Shown here: positions 1-8,864 of the stretch, one piece after another
Layout: every line of letters starts with the position of its first letter
Position numbering within the stretch: the first letter of the stretch is position 1
NCBI GenBank assembly: GCA_046726415.1
Contig: JBKPAK010000133.1
Coordinates: 1-28,788, forward strand
Direction: 5' to 3'
Length of the DNA stretch: 28,788 nucleotides
Origin: Candidatus Methylomirabilota bacterium
GTDB lineage: Bacteria; Methylomirabilota; Methylomirabilia; Rokubacteriales; CSP1-6
Translations under genes and position numbers: made by a program
Notes under the pieces: generated by a model
The model's input: the letters and a program-made list of their open reading frames with translations, nothing else
Told to the model about the DNA's origin: nothing
The model's database searches: none

Positions 1-665
1 TACACGCCGGCGCCCGGCGACCTTCCCCGGCTGCTGAGCGCGCGGCTGGCCGCTCAGGTCCGGCACGTTCTCGTCTTCCCGTACGACGGCGCCTCCTCCG
101 GCGGCCTCTGGCGGCGCGAGGACGAGTTCGTGCGGTGCAAGCTCTTCCCGCCCGTGAGCGACGGCCATGGCCACACGATTCGCTACTACCAGCGGGCGGG
201 AACGCCGCCCCGGCTCTACATCCCGGCTCGCGCACGAGCGGCGCTGGCCGATCCGAGGGTGCCGCTGCTGATCACCGAGGGCGAGAAGAAGGCACTCAAG
301 GCGAACCAGGACGGGCTGCCGTGCGTCGGGTTCGGCGGCCTCTGGAACTGGCGCCACGAGCGCAGGCCGATCGCTGAGCTGGATCGGATCGACTGGTATG
401 GCCGCGACGCGCTCGTGGTGCCCGACTCCGACGTGTGGACCCGAGCTGATCTCCTGCAACCGGTCTATGCCCTCGGCAGGGAGCTGGAGTCGCGCGGCGC
501 CGTCATCGGCGTGCTGAAACTGCCGCCGGGACCGGAGGGCTCGAAGGTGGGCCTCGACGACTATCTCTGCGCGCATTGCGCCGCGGAGCTCGACGGCCTC
601 CCGCGGCTTCGGCTCAAGCACACGTTCTTCAGCCGGACGGCGATCTGGTGGAAAGAGTGGGTTCC
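1..665 (+). pseudogene. DUF3854/TOPRIM-type primase domain of an integrative element; runs in from the window edge, C-terminus lost
   Basis: Frame open from base 1. Motifs LLITEGEKKA, GFGGLWNW, VVPDSD and KVGLDDYL. Sequence stops resembling the family after ...WWKEWV (~665); the rest of ORF 130..1299 reads through IS DNA. Confidence 0.8.
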
Positions 666-680
666 GCATAAACACTGGCG

Positions 681-707
681 TGTCACCGCTGTCACCGGAT
701 GTCACCG
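681..707 (+). repeat. Three tandem TGTCACCG octamers (iteron- or arm-site-like)
   Basis: Copies at 681, 690 and 700 (9-10 bp period). Confidence 0.6.
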
Positions 708-739
708 GTTTCTGCCCGAATGGAGTGAAATGGACAGAC

Positions 740-1080
740 TGGAGTGGAGCGCACCCCTGAGGTGGCACACGGAAACGGGTGATATTCGTCGAGGGGGGAC
801 GAATGCCCGGGAACCAAGCGCGTGTGTTCAGTCCAGAGTTCAAGCTGGCGGCCGTGCAGCAGCGGCTGGTGGCCGGGGAGAAGGTCAAGGCCCTGGCCGA
901 GGAGCTCGGGGTGTCCCGCCAGTTGCTGTACAAGTGGTGGAACCACTACGAGCGCGGGGGCCCGGCGGCGTTGCGCCTCCCTGGGCGACCCCGGCCGGCG
1001 GCGGCGCCGGTGATCGTGGCCGCGAACCCGCCGAGGATCACGCGGGGCCGGCGCCGGCGGGGCCGGCCGAGACTCGATCT
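740..1080 (+). mobile_element. Truncated IS3-family element (left end plus orfA)
   Basis: TG-starting end TGGAGTGGAGCGCACCCC at 740 just upstream of an HTH transposase ORF. No orfB (DDE) or right end seen. Confidence 0.65.
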
Positions 1081-1153
1081 CAAGGGGCCCTGTCATCTGC
1101 CGATTCGTGCGCAGATGCGCGTGTGCCGGGGCGGTCGGGGCCTGGTCCCGTAG
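803..1153 (+). pseudogene. IS3-family transposase OrfA (HTH_Tnp_1), truncated
   Basis: RVFSPEFKLAAV...GEKVKALAEELGVSRQLLYKW; G-rich RBS before ATG 803. Confidence 0.8.
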
Positions 1154-2165
1154 ACCCGCCACTTCCGGTCCGGGGCGGCCGGCGTCCAAGGAGGGCCAGC
1201 TGGGCCTCATCGTGGACGAACATCAGCGCCCGGATCGTGAGGGCACCGAGCACGAAGATGATGACCAGCGCGAGCGCGAGGTCCACGGCGGTGACGTAGT
1301 AAATGTTGGAGGGCGTGAGAATTCCGCGAATCCCCCACACGCCCAGCACGAGTGCCCCCGCGTTGACCACGAGGTCGGCGAGCGGCCGGAGGAACACCGA
1401 GTAGGCCGCCGCGGCGGCGATGAGGATGACGAGCATGACGGCGAGGACGCGCAGATACGGTGGGCGCTCAAACGTCACTGCGAAAGCCTCGGCATAGTCG
1501 AACGGATCGTCGCTGGAGCGCAGGCGCTGGAGGTCGACCGGGAAAGGCCCCTTCATGAGATTTCGGGGTAAGAGCTCCTGAAGGGAGAGAAAGAGATGGT
1601 CCCCGGCCTGGGCTGTTGACAGCGTCTGCAGCGTCCCGTCGGGGTAGACGCGTTGGTAGGCGATTCCGAGGACCATCTGATAGCGATCGAACGGGTAGTG
1701 GATGGGATGACCGCGCAGAGGCAGCTGCACCGTCCCCGAGATCTCGACATCGCCCGCAACGAGCTTGATCTCGGTGGAGGGAGGAAGCCCGTCCGCCTGG
1801 ACATCATCATCCGAGAGGGCCACCAGGAGCACCCGGCGATTCCAGGCGCAGCCAGCACAGCGATGGTGCCCTGACACGCGGATGGTGGCCAAGAGCTGGA
1901 CCTCGTCGATCGAGGTCACGGCCAGGTGGAGCTTCGTGTAGTTCTGGTCGCGACTTCGCAGCCGATCCGCCAGCACCGTGTCCGGCACCCCGGGCCCCCG
2001 CGGCGTGATCGGGATGACGCGGCCAGTGGCCGGCCCCAGGACGTCATCGACGACGCTCTTCACAGAGAACGGTAGCGTCACCACAAGGGCCAGGGTCACC
2101 AGCGCCGTGACGAAGAACGCGAGCCGGTAGCGAAGCTGACGCGCCCTGGTTGGGACTCCAGCCAT
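1080..2165 (-). CDS. Membrane protein, DUF4436-like / pentameric ligand-gated ion channel (Pro-loop)-like
   Basis: N-terminal hydrophobic helix, VTSIDEV, HYPFDRY, pre-TM FERPPY, three C-terminal TM helices with a P-x3-YYVTAVD loop. Start overlaps the protease stop (TGATG). Confidence 0.7.
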   Translation of the reverse strand: MAGVPTRARQLRYRLAFFVTALVTLALVVTLPFSVKSVVDDVLGPATGRVIPITPRGPGVPDTVLADRLRSRDQNYTKLHLAVTSIDEVQLLATIRVSGHHRCAGCAWNRRVLLVALSDDDVQADGLPPSTEIKLVAGDVEISGTVQLPLRGHPIHYPFDRYQMVLGIAYQRVYPDGTLQTLSTAQAGDHLFLSLQELLPRNLMKGPFPVDLQRLRSSDDPFDYAEAFAVTFERPPYLRVLAVMLVILIAAAAAYSVFLRPLADLVVNAGALVLGVWGIRGILTPSNIYYVTAVDLALALVIIFVLGALTIRALMFVHDEAQLALLGRRPPRTGSGGSTGPGPDRPGTRASAHESADDRAP

Positions 2166-3214
2166 CAGCGCGGAGAGAGGCCCCCCTCAGCGCCTGACCA
2201 GATCGTGGCCAGCTCGACCACCTTGCCGGCCCGCAGCACGCGCATGCGAACCTCGCGGCCTGGCGGCTGGTCCCGGATGGCGCGAGCGGCCCGGATCAGA
2301 TCCTCGATGGTCCGAACCTCGATACCCTGCGCAGCCAGAATGATGTCGCCGCCCAGGACGAGCTGCTGCCCGTCGATCGTGGCCGGGCGGTCCCCGCCCT
2401 GCAGGCCGAGTCGTTCCCCGAGAGAGCCCTTGACCACGGCCTTGATCAGAAAGCCCCCGGCCTGCGGCACGTTCAGCACCTGGGTCATCGGCTCGGATAC
2501 GATTTGCCCATCGACGCCGAGGTAGAACGGACGCTTCTCGAAGAGGAGCTTTCTCACGGTGTTGGCGGTGATGACGAAGCCGAGCCCCTCACTGCCGCCG
2601 GACTTGGTGATCATGTGGCTGACGATGCCGATGACCTCGCCCGCCTTGTTGAACATGGGCCCACCGGAGTTCCCGGTGTTGATCGTGGCATCAGTCTGGA
2701 AGAATTCCGCCAGCGGGAACTCGCGGTTCACCGTGCTGGGCTTCCAACGGGCGCTCACGATGCCGCTGCTCAGGGAGTAGGTGAGCCCGTACGGAGCGCC
2801 AACAATGAAGACCGGGTCCCCCACCTCGACGCTGTCGGAGTCAGCGAGGGAGACCACCGGCGCATCGCGCGGCACGACATCGAGCTGGAGCAAGGCCAGA
2901 TCGGCTCCGGGCTGGAACCCGATCATCCGGGCGCGCACCGCCTCCTGCCCGAGGAACTCCACCGTGATGTCCTCCATCCCGTGGACGACGTGGGACGCGG
3001 TGACGACCTTCCCGTCTGGCGAAACGAGCACGCCCGACCCGATCTCGCCGAAGCGCACCACGCCGCCCGAGGACACCTCCTTGCCCTTGGCGCGGATCAC
3101 CACGACGCTGGGGCTGGCCTTGCGATACAGCTCGCCGAGGGTCTGCGGCCACGCGGGGACCGGTGCCGTGACCACGAACGTGAAGACGATAAGTGCAAGG
3201 GCGACAACGCGCAT
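2165..3214 (-). CDS. HtrA/DegS-like S1C serine protease with one PDZ domain and a signal peptide
   Basis: Catalytic triad motifs TASHVV, DLALL and INTGNSGGP; C-terminal PDZ (GLQGGD...GGDII); GGAGG RBS. Confidence 0.93.
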   Translation of the reverse strand: MRVVALALIVFTFVVTAPVPAWPQTLGELYRKASPSVVVIRAKGKEVSSGGVVRFGEIGSGVLVSPDGKVVTASHVVHGMEDITVEFLGQEAVRARMIGFQPGADLALLQLDVVPRDAPVVSLADSDSVEVGDPVFIVGAPYGLTYSLSSGIVSARWKPSTVNREFPLAEFFQTDATINTGNSGGPMFNKAGEVIGIVSHMITKSGGSEGLGFVITANTVRKLLFEKRPFYLGVDGQIVSEPMTQVLNVPQAGGFLIKAVVKGSLGERLGLQGGDRPATIDGQQLVLGGDIILAAQGIEVRTIEDLIRAARAIRDQPPGREVRMRVLRAGKVVELATIWSGAEGGLSPR

Positions 3215-3357
3215 AGCAATATCCTCCAGTTCTTACTCGGGCGGGCGACGAGAGCGCCTGGCCAAGGGGTTCGTTGGCAGACGCCGACGATACTGCCTGC
3301 TTCGCGGGAAGGCCCTGACGATCTCGGGCCATCACCTCATACGGTATCGCGGAAGCG

Positions 3358-4278
3358 TCACTCATGGCTTTGGGGAGCATTGCCGTGCAGACGGTAGACG
3401 GCTCCCGTCTTGGTCGTTCCGAGCGAGATCCAATCACTGGCCGCGTGCTGAAGCGCGATAAAGAACCGCTCACAGCGTTCCCTGGCCTTGACGTGGACAT
3501 CCTTTCGCCTCTCGAACTTGCACTGATACGCGAACTCTCCGACCAGGGGCTCATGTTCACCTCGGGTGCGCCACAACGCCACGTTGGCCTTGGCCACGAC
3601 CCCTTTGCCGAAGTCCACTTTGCCGAGGTCCAAGAGCACCTCCTCCACAATCGCGCCGTTGACCAGGCTGACCTGTTCGCTCTCGGGCTCCCTCAGGCCA
3701 GACAGCGCGGGAAACACTCGGGCCAGGATTGACATCGCCGTGCGAGTCTCCCTGTGCAGCTCGCTCAAGCCGAACTCACAATTGTGGGAGTATAGGGTGC
3801 GGAAGCCCCCGAGTCGCTCGCGCAGCGGCAGGACCTCCGCCTTGAATTTGATCCGGTACCTTCCCGGGGCATTTGGTCGTACGTCCAACTGCGCCGCCTT
3901 CTGTAAGTCGGGGTGACGGAACTTGAAGACGATCTCCGGGTCGCCCACGGGGAAGCCGTCGGCGTAGGCGATGCGCCGCCGTAAGATGAAGGCGTTGTTG
4001 TAGAGGCCAAAGCCCGGAGTGTCCAGGAACACTACTTCCCTGACCGCTGGCCTCCCGCCGATGCTGGGGTCCTTGATGAACTCGACCTTCTTGACATCGC
4101 GGGCCGTGTGCCGCACAAGCTTGCCGAACTCCCGGAAGCTGTCCACCGACTTGAAGGGGTCAGCTTTCAGGATGATCTTGCATTCGAGATACTGGACCTC
4201 ATCGAGCGGATGGCCGTCGCTGTAGTGCCCCGGCCTGAGACCAATACCCCGATCGGGCTGCGAATCTTCTTTCGCCAT
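3358..4278 (-). CDS. CYTH/triphosphate-tunnel-like protein
   Basis: YLECK, FLDTPGFGLYNNAFILRRR, EIVFKFR and C-terminal TKT; GGAGG RBS. Confidence 0.65.
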   Translation of the reverse strand: MAKEDSQPDRGIGLRPGHYSDGHPLDEVQYLECKIILKADPFKSVDSFREFGKLVRHTARDVKKVEFIKDPSIGGRPAVREVVFLDTPGFGLYNNAFILRRRIAYADGFPVGDPEIVFKFRHPDLQKAAQLDVRPNAPGRYRIKFKAEVLPLRERLGGFRTLYSHNCEFGLSELHRETRTAMSILARVFPALSGLREPESEQVSLVNGAIVEEVLLDLGKVDFGKGVVAKANVALWRTRGEHEPLVGEFAYQCKFERRKDVHVKARERCERFFIALQHAASDWISLGTTKTGAVYRLHGNAPQSHE

Positions 4279-4441
4279 CGTTCGTCCTCCCCCGCCTCAT
4301 GTGAGCGGCCACCACAGACCCCCAGGACGGGCTCCGTGCACATCTGTTCTTCATTTCCCTCACTGACTCCTCCCAGGACTCGTGTCGCCGTACGTCTCCT
4401 CCATGCCCTTACCAGCATGGCGTGATCACCATCGTCTGTGT

Positions 4442-4497
4442 ACCGAACGTGCCGCTCAGCGGCCGGCTAGCCGGTCCGCTGAAGTGGCTGGTTCGGC
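4442..4497 (-). mobile_element. Integron attC site (56 bp)
   Basis: Minus strand GCCGAAC-cagccacttcagcggaccggc-ta-gccggccgctgagcggcac-GTTCGGT. Imperfect palindrome with unpaired bases, starting 1 bp after the cupin stop codon. Confidence 0.8.
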
Positions 4498-4498
4498 A

Positions 4499-4928
4499 TC
4501 ACCTGAGTAGCCACGTCGTGTCCGACGGGCCGTGGCCCACTACCTGGATTACAACCTCGCCGTCCTTGGCCCGCGCGAAATGCGGGTGCCTCGCCGGCTC
4601 GGTGAATGTGCTCCCGGCGGGCAACGCTTTCATCTTGCCCTCATCGAATTGCTCACCATAGCCCACGAGCAGGGTGCCCGCGAGGATGCTCGTCAGAGTG
4701 AAAATGCGGGGGATTGCGGAAGCCCGCTGGGAACCGCGCCTGGTAGACATAGATGCCGGCCCTGTGAGGATCACCGACAAGTATCGCGTGCTGAGTCCCC
4801 CTCAGGGTAGGCTGCCAGGTGACCTCATCTGGCCTCACCAGTGCCGGCTGCAGCGGACCGGCCTGTACGGCGCTGGTGATGAAGAGCGCAAGCGCGGGTG
4901 CGTAGGCCCACCGACTCAGAGTCTTCAT
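4499..4928 (-). pseudogene. Secreted cupin (DUF4437-like) gene cassette, frameshifted near 4689
   Basis: Signal peptide and PPHFHSDE in one frame; ILAGTLLVGYG...LPAGS...HPHFA in another. A few residues appear deleted at the junction. Confidence 0.85.
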
Positions 4929-4949
4929 CCTTCCTCCGTACAAGCTGGG

Positions 4950-5021
4950 GCCGAACGCGCACGATGACCTGCGGCGGCTGAGCAAGGCGAAGCCGACGTC
5001 AGGTCGATCGTGATGTTAGAC
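4950..5021 (-). mobile_element. Integron attC site (72 bp)
   Basis: Minus strand GTCTAAC-atcacgat(c)gacctg(a)cgtcggc...gccgccgcaggtcatcgtgcgc-GTTCGGC, with two extrahelical bases. Confidence 0.82.
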
Positions 5022-5063
5022 CGACGGCTCCGGCCCGTTGGAGATCATTCGGGGATCCACCGC

Positions 5064-5494
5064 TCACGCCGCCGCCGACTCCGGATCCTCAATCTGAGCC
5101 TCCGTGGCGCTCTCAGCATGCTCCGCCCAGCTTGAGAGCATCCATGCTGGAAGTTGATCATGGCGGCGCACCGCCACGCGAGCGTTCGGGTAGGGCATTG
5201 TTGGGCCAAGATGGTCCGGACAAGCAGGCTCCCTGGGTTGACCTGAACCGGTGCGATGAGATCGGGCGCAAGCGTTATGTTTTCGCGACTCTGAAGGTAC
5301 AAGGGAACGAGGTAGTTCATACTCCCGTAGTACCAGTACGGCAACTGCCGACCACAGTCGATGGACCACTGAATCGCGCCCGAGATCGCGCACATCTGGG
5401 CGACAGGCGGCGTTCCTTTGAGAAAAGGACCCTGTCCCAATGGTCTCCGAGGATGTGATCGTGCTCATCACAATCTCCGCACCAACCGGGATCG
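5064..5494 (-). pseudogene. DUF3825-like protein, C-terminal fragment with about three frameshifts
   Basis: Joined frames read HDHILGDHWDRV-PFL...PYWYYGSMNYLVPLYL...PDLIAPV...RTIL-PTMPYPNAR...WML. Lower GC than the flanks. Confidence 0.65.
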
Positions 5495-6349
5495 GTGGAC
5501 AAGGCAGAAGCCTGTGGGCTCGACACACTGTGGGCGAGCGACCACCTCATCATGCCCGCCCTCCGCGTGTCCCGCTATCCGGGACGAGCCGATGGACAGC
5601 TCCCCGATGGGTGGAAGCGGACGTACTATCAGCCCTTCAGTGTCCTGAACTACCTGGCGGCCCGCACCCGCCGTGTCCGGCTCGGAACCAGCGTGCTGAT
5701 TCTCCCCATGCGGAATCCCATCGAGGTGGCGGCCCAGGTCGCCGAGCTCGACCCGCTCAGCGACGGCCGGGTCAACTTCGGCGTCGGGGTGGGATGGTTC
5801 CGCGAAGAGTTCGAGGCCCTCGGCTATTCCTTCGCGAATCGTGGGGCCCGAGCGAATGAGGGTCTGGCCATCGTCAAGGCGCTCTGGACCCAGCCGCGCA
5901 CGAGCGTCGACGGGCCCACCTATCGGTTCACCGACGCAGAGCTGGGCCCCAAACCGGTCCAGCATCCCCACCCACCCATCTACATCGGGGGCAACACGGC
6001 GGCGGCGATCCGCCGCACCGCTCGCTACGGCGACGCGTGGCACCCGTTCAAAGTGACCCCCCAGGGGATTGCCGAGCTGCGTCCCGCCCTGCAGGCTGCA
6101 TTGGAGGCCGAGGGGCGGTCCGCGCGGGAGTTTCCCGTGGCGCCGAAGGTGGTCCTTGCCTTTCAGGACACCTCTCCCCGCGATGGACAGGCGCCCACGG
6201 AAGGGCGGCCGCAAGACATCATTGATGCTCTCCGCCGATTCCGCGATGCCGGGGCGACGGAATTCTGCTTCGACATCACGACCGAGACCCGCGTGGTGGC
6301 TCTCGACACGCTGGATCGGTTCGCGAACGAGGTGCGCCCGAAGGTGTAG
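5495..6349 (+). pseudogene. LLM-class (probably F420-dependent) oxidoreductase lacking its first ~25 residues
   Basis: AEACGLDTLWASDH, GVGVGWFREEF and HPPIYIGGN. In-frame stop at 5456; upstream DNA belongs to the opposite-strand fragment. Confidence 0.85.
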
Positions 6350-6434
6350 ACAAGTCGGTCAAGCTCTCGGACCTGATCGGCCCGGTTACCTGATGAGGCA
6401 TAATTGCCGGCCTGAGACGGTCGATGGGAGGAAA

Positions 6435-6468
6435 TGGTTGGCCAGCTGACGGGACTCGAGCCGGGACC
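6435..6468 (-). other. Degenerate tRNA 3'-end fragment (possible old att site)
   Basis: Minus strand GGTCCCGGCTCGAGTCCCGTCAGCTGGCCAACCA resembles a T-arm plus acceptor strand ending in CCA. No 5' half seen. Confidence 0.4.
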
Positions 6469-6949
6469 TACCGCGATGCACTCCGACGTTCGGGACCAGC
6501 AACTCCGGAGCTGCAGCGAAGTTGCCTTAGCTGCCGCCGTCAACAGGCCCTTATTCCGCTTAGCGCGGCCTTGGCCGCAACCACGCCAAGGCGACTCGGC
6601 CGCGTCGCTTCGCCTCGGACCGACCAAACATCCGATCTGGTTGCGGCCGCGAGCGTGATCGAACATTGGTGGGCGTCCCAGAACCGAGGCGGCTGACTCC
6701 GAGCGTGGCGATTAGGGAACCCGATGAGCCGCGCGTTTTGCCGAGTCCGTTGCGTGGAAGAAGGGATGGCGCCACCAGGCGCCGATCCTCCGCCGGCTGA
6801 GCAGGCTGTTAGGGAACCGCGTCTGCCTCCAACGGCTGGCCGCCCTGACCGAGTTTGCCGCAACGGGCCTGGCGCAGGGCCGCCCCGGATGGTAGTGTGC
6901 TGGCCCACAACACGCCTCGGTGCGCCTTGGCCGAGCAAGAGGAGCCCGC

Positions 6950-7390
6950 ATGTCTGGTTGGTCTTGCATGCTCATCGTCGCGCTGCTCGGCTTTTCCCTG
7001 ATGGGCGGACCGCTGCTCGTTGGCGCCGCGTCTATCCGCAACATCTATTTCTCCAGCGGGCAGACCGTTCCCGGACAGCGGTATTCCCGGGAAGAGCAAT
7101 TGCCGGGTCCGACGACGACCTTCACGAAGGGCGAAAACAAGGTGGCCCGGCTCTTCATTATTTTTGGCGACGTGGATGCTCACAGTGTTCGCGGCGAGCT
7201 TAAGGCGAGCGACGGCTCGGTGGTCAGGCGATTCGAACAGAAAATTCAACCGTTCAATCACGTGGCCCAGTGGAGATCAGTGACGCCTGCGTTTTCTCTC
7301 GATGCGCTGAAGCCGGGTGAGTACGCCCTGGATTTGCAGATCGACGGCGAGCCCAAAGGGACCCATAAGTTCACCCTTCGCGCGCCGTGA
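6950..7390 (+). CDS. Secreted hypothetical protein, probably a beta-sandwich
   Basis: AGGAG RBS, signal peptide, and LKPGEYALDLQIDG...FTL C-terminus typical of Ig-like folds. Confidence 0.75.
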   Translation: MSGWSCMLIVALLGFSLMGGPLLVGAASIRNIYFSSGQTVPGQRYSREEQLPGPTTTFTKGENKVARLFIIFGDVDAHSVRGELKASDGSVVRRFEQKIQPFNHVAQWRSVTPAFSLDALKPGEYALDLQIDGEPKGTHKFTLRAP

Positions 7391-7745
7391 TCCTGGAAAA
7401 GATCCGGCTTCCACGCATCCCGGCGGTCCCACGCGATCCTGGCTCAAGGCGAAGGTGCCTGGAGATACGCTTCGTCGTGGGGGTGTCGTCGAGCACCAAG
7501 CGATGGAGCCGCGGCTGGGACCGATGCAGAATGACGGCTCCAGCTATCGGGGTCGTGTCCATTTCGGCGTAAGGCGGCGACTGGCGGACGCATTCGCAAG
7601 CAACGGATCAGTGCGCTCGACATCGCCATTCTTGGAACGCGTACCAGTCCGCGGCGTGGCTCGACCCGCGTCGGGTGGCCGAAGAGACTTACCGGGACGT
7701 GACACCGGCCGGGGTTTTACGCGCTCCCGTGTTCCGTGAGCTCGC
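7391..7745 (+). pseudogene. ATP-dependent DNA ligase (LigD/LigC-like), C-terminal remnant
   Basis: KDPASTHPGGPTRSWLKAK, RFVVG, YRGRVHFG and AEETYRDVTPAGVLRAPVFREL across shifted frames. Confidence 0.75.
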
Positions 7746-7882
7746 GACGCGGGCGCCGTCCAGCTGACATACCTTCCGTAGGCGCCGTCGGTCCTCCCGC
7801 GTGCGCTCTTACTTCACGTGCACGGAGACCGTGCCGAGGTAGATCGTGCCTTTCAGTTGCGCCAGGGCAACCACGACTTCGC

Positions 7883-8677
7883 TCAGCCCTTGGCGTACTC
7901 GTCGTGGCGGCGCCACCAGGGGCTCGTCTCGTTGCGCCCCTTGGGTGCGCGGTCGAGCCACTGGTACGTCCCCCACAGGCCGTCCAGTCCACGCGCATAG
8001 GTGGAATAGGTGTGGTGGACGACGCCGTCCTCGAGCGCGAACGCGCTCATGCCCGGCCGCTCGCGCGTGTACGTGGCCACGTCGGTTCCGGTCATCGCCG
8101 CGAACTGCGCTTCGCCGGATGGGCCCACACCGAGCTCGGCCACAGGTCGTTCGACCGGCGTCACGTCCATCGCGTGGCCGCCGCGCCGGTAGTTGTATTC
8201 GGCGACCCCCTCGCGCTGTTGTTCCTCGGTGAACCAGACGTTGAAGTCGAAGTTGAAGTCGCTGCCGAACGAGGACGCCCAGGGAAACGTCCACCCCATC
8301 CGCCGTTTGTACGCCTGCAGCTTCGCGAGAGGCGCCCGCGACACCGCCGAAAGCGTGACGTCGTGGTTGGCCAGGTGGACGACGAAGCCGTCGAACCCGT
8401 CCGCGATCGCCGAGCAGGCCGGACACCCCGCCGTGTAGTCGGGCCCGAACATGAAGTGGTAGACGAGGAGCGGCGAGCGCCCTCGGAAGAGGTCTTTCAG
8501 CGAGGCACTCCCCTGGTCGGTGTCGAATCGATACTCCTTGTCGATCCGGACCCACGGCAGCTCTTGCCGCCGCCGCGCCAGCTCGTCGCTGCGCCGCGTG
8601 AGCTCCTTCTCCGCCTCGAGCAGCTCGAGCCGCGCGGCGAGCCACTCGTTACGTGTCCCAGTCATGTGCTTCGTCAT
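7883..8677 (-). CDS. DUF899 thioredoxin-like protein
   Basis: EWLAARLELLEAEKELTR, LPWV, YHFMFGP, GCPACS, YSTYARG and WLDRAPKGRNE. RBS favours ATG 8677 over 8710. Confidence 0.93.
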   Translation of the reverse strand: MTKHMTGTRNEWLAARLELLEAEKELTRRSDELARRRQELPWVRIDKEYRFDTDQGSASLKDLFRGRSPLLVYHFMFGPDYTAGCPACSAIADGFDGFVVHLANHDVTLSAVSRAPLAKLQAYKRRMGWTFPWASSFGSDFNFDFNVWFTEEQQREGVAEYNYRRGGHAMDVTPVERPVAELGVGPSGEAQFAAMTGTDVATYTRERPGMSAFALEDGVVHHTYSTYARGLDGLWGTYQWLDRAPKGRNETSPWWRRHDEYAKG

Positions 8678-8864
8678 CGCTCTTCTCTCCTTCCTTCCGG
8701 TGTCCTTCATCGTTCGTTCCCGTCAGTCACACGTTCGGTCGACGTCGCGGCCTCCTTCTGCCTCGCCAACGCGCTTCTCGATGTGACGTGGCGGTTGTTG
8801 GTCATGGGATAAATTTAGCGCCGGGTATCCGAACCGTGGGAGTGACAAGTGTGACGGGATTCCG

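Noticed and set aside
130-1299. 389-aa primase fusion ORF
   Set aside because: Only the first ~180 aa are primase-like; the rest reads through IS DNA and the antisense of the membrane gene
6435-6510. Functional tRNA gene
   Set aside because: T-loop is mutated and no D-arm or anticodon arm can be folded
6901-6915. Sigma-54 promoter for the secreted protein
   Set aside because: GG-N10-GC spacing fits but the -12 element is ACGC rather than TTGC; weak in GC-rich DNA
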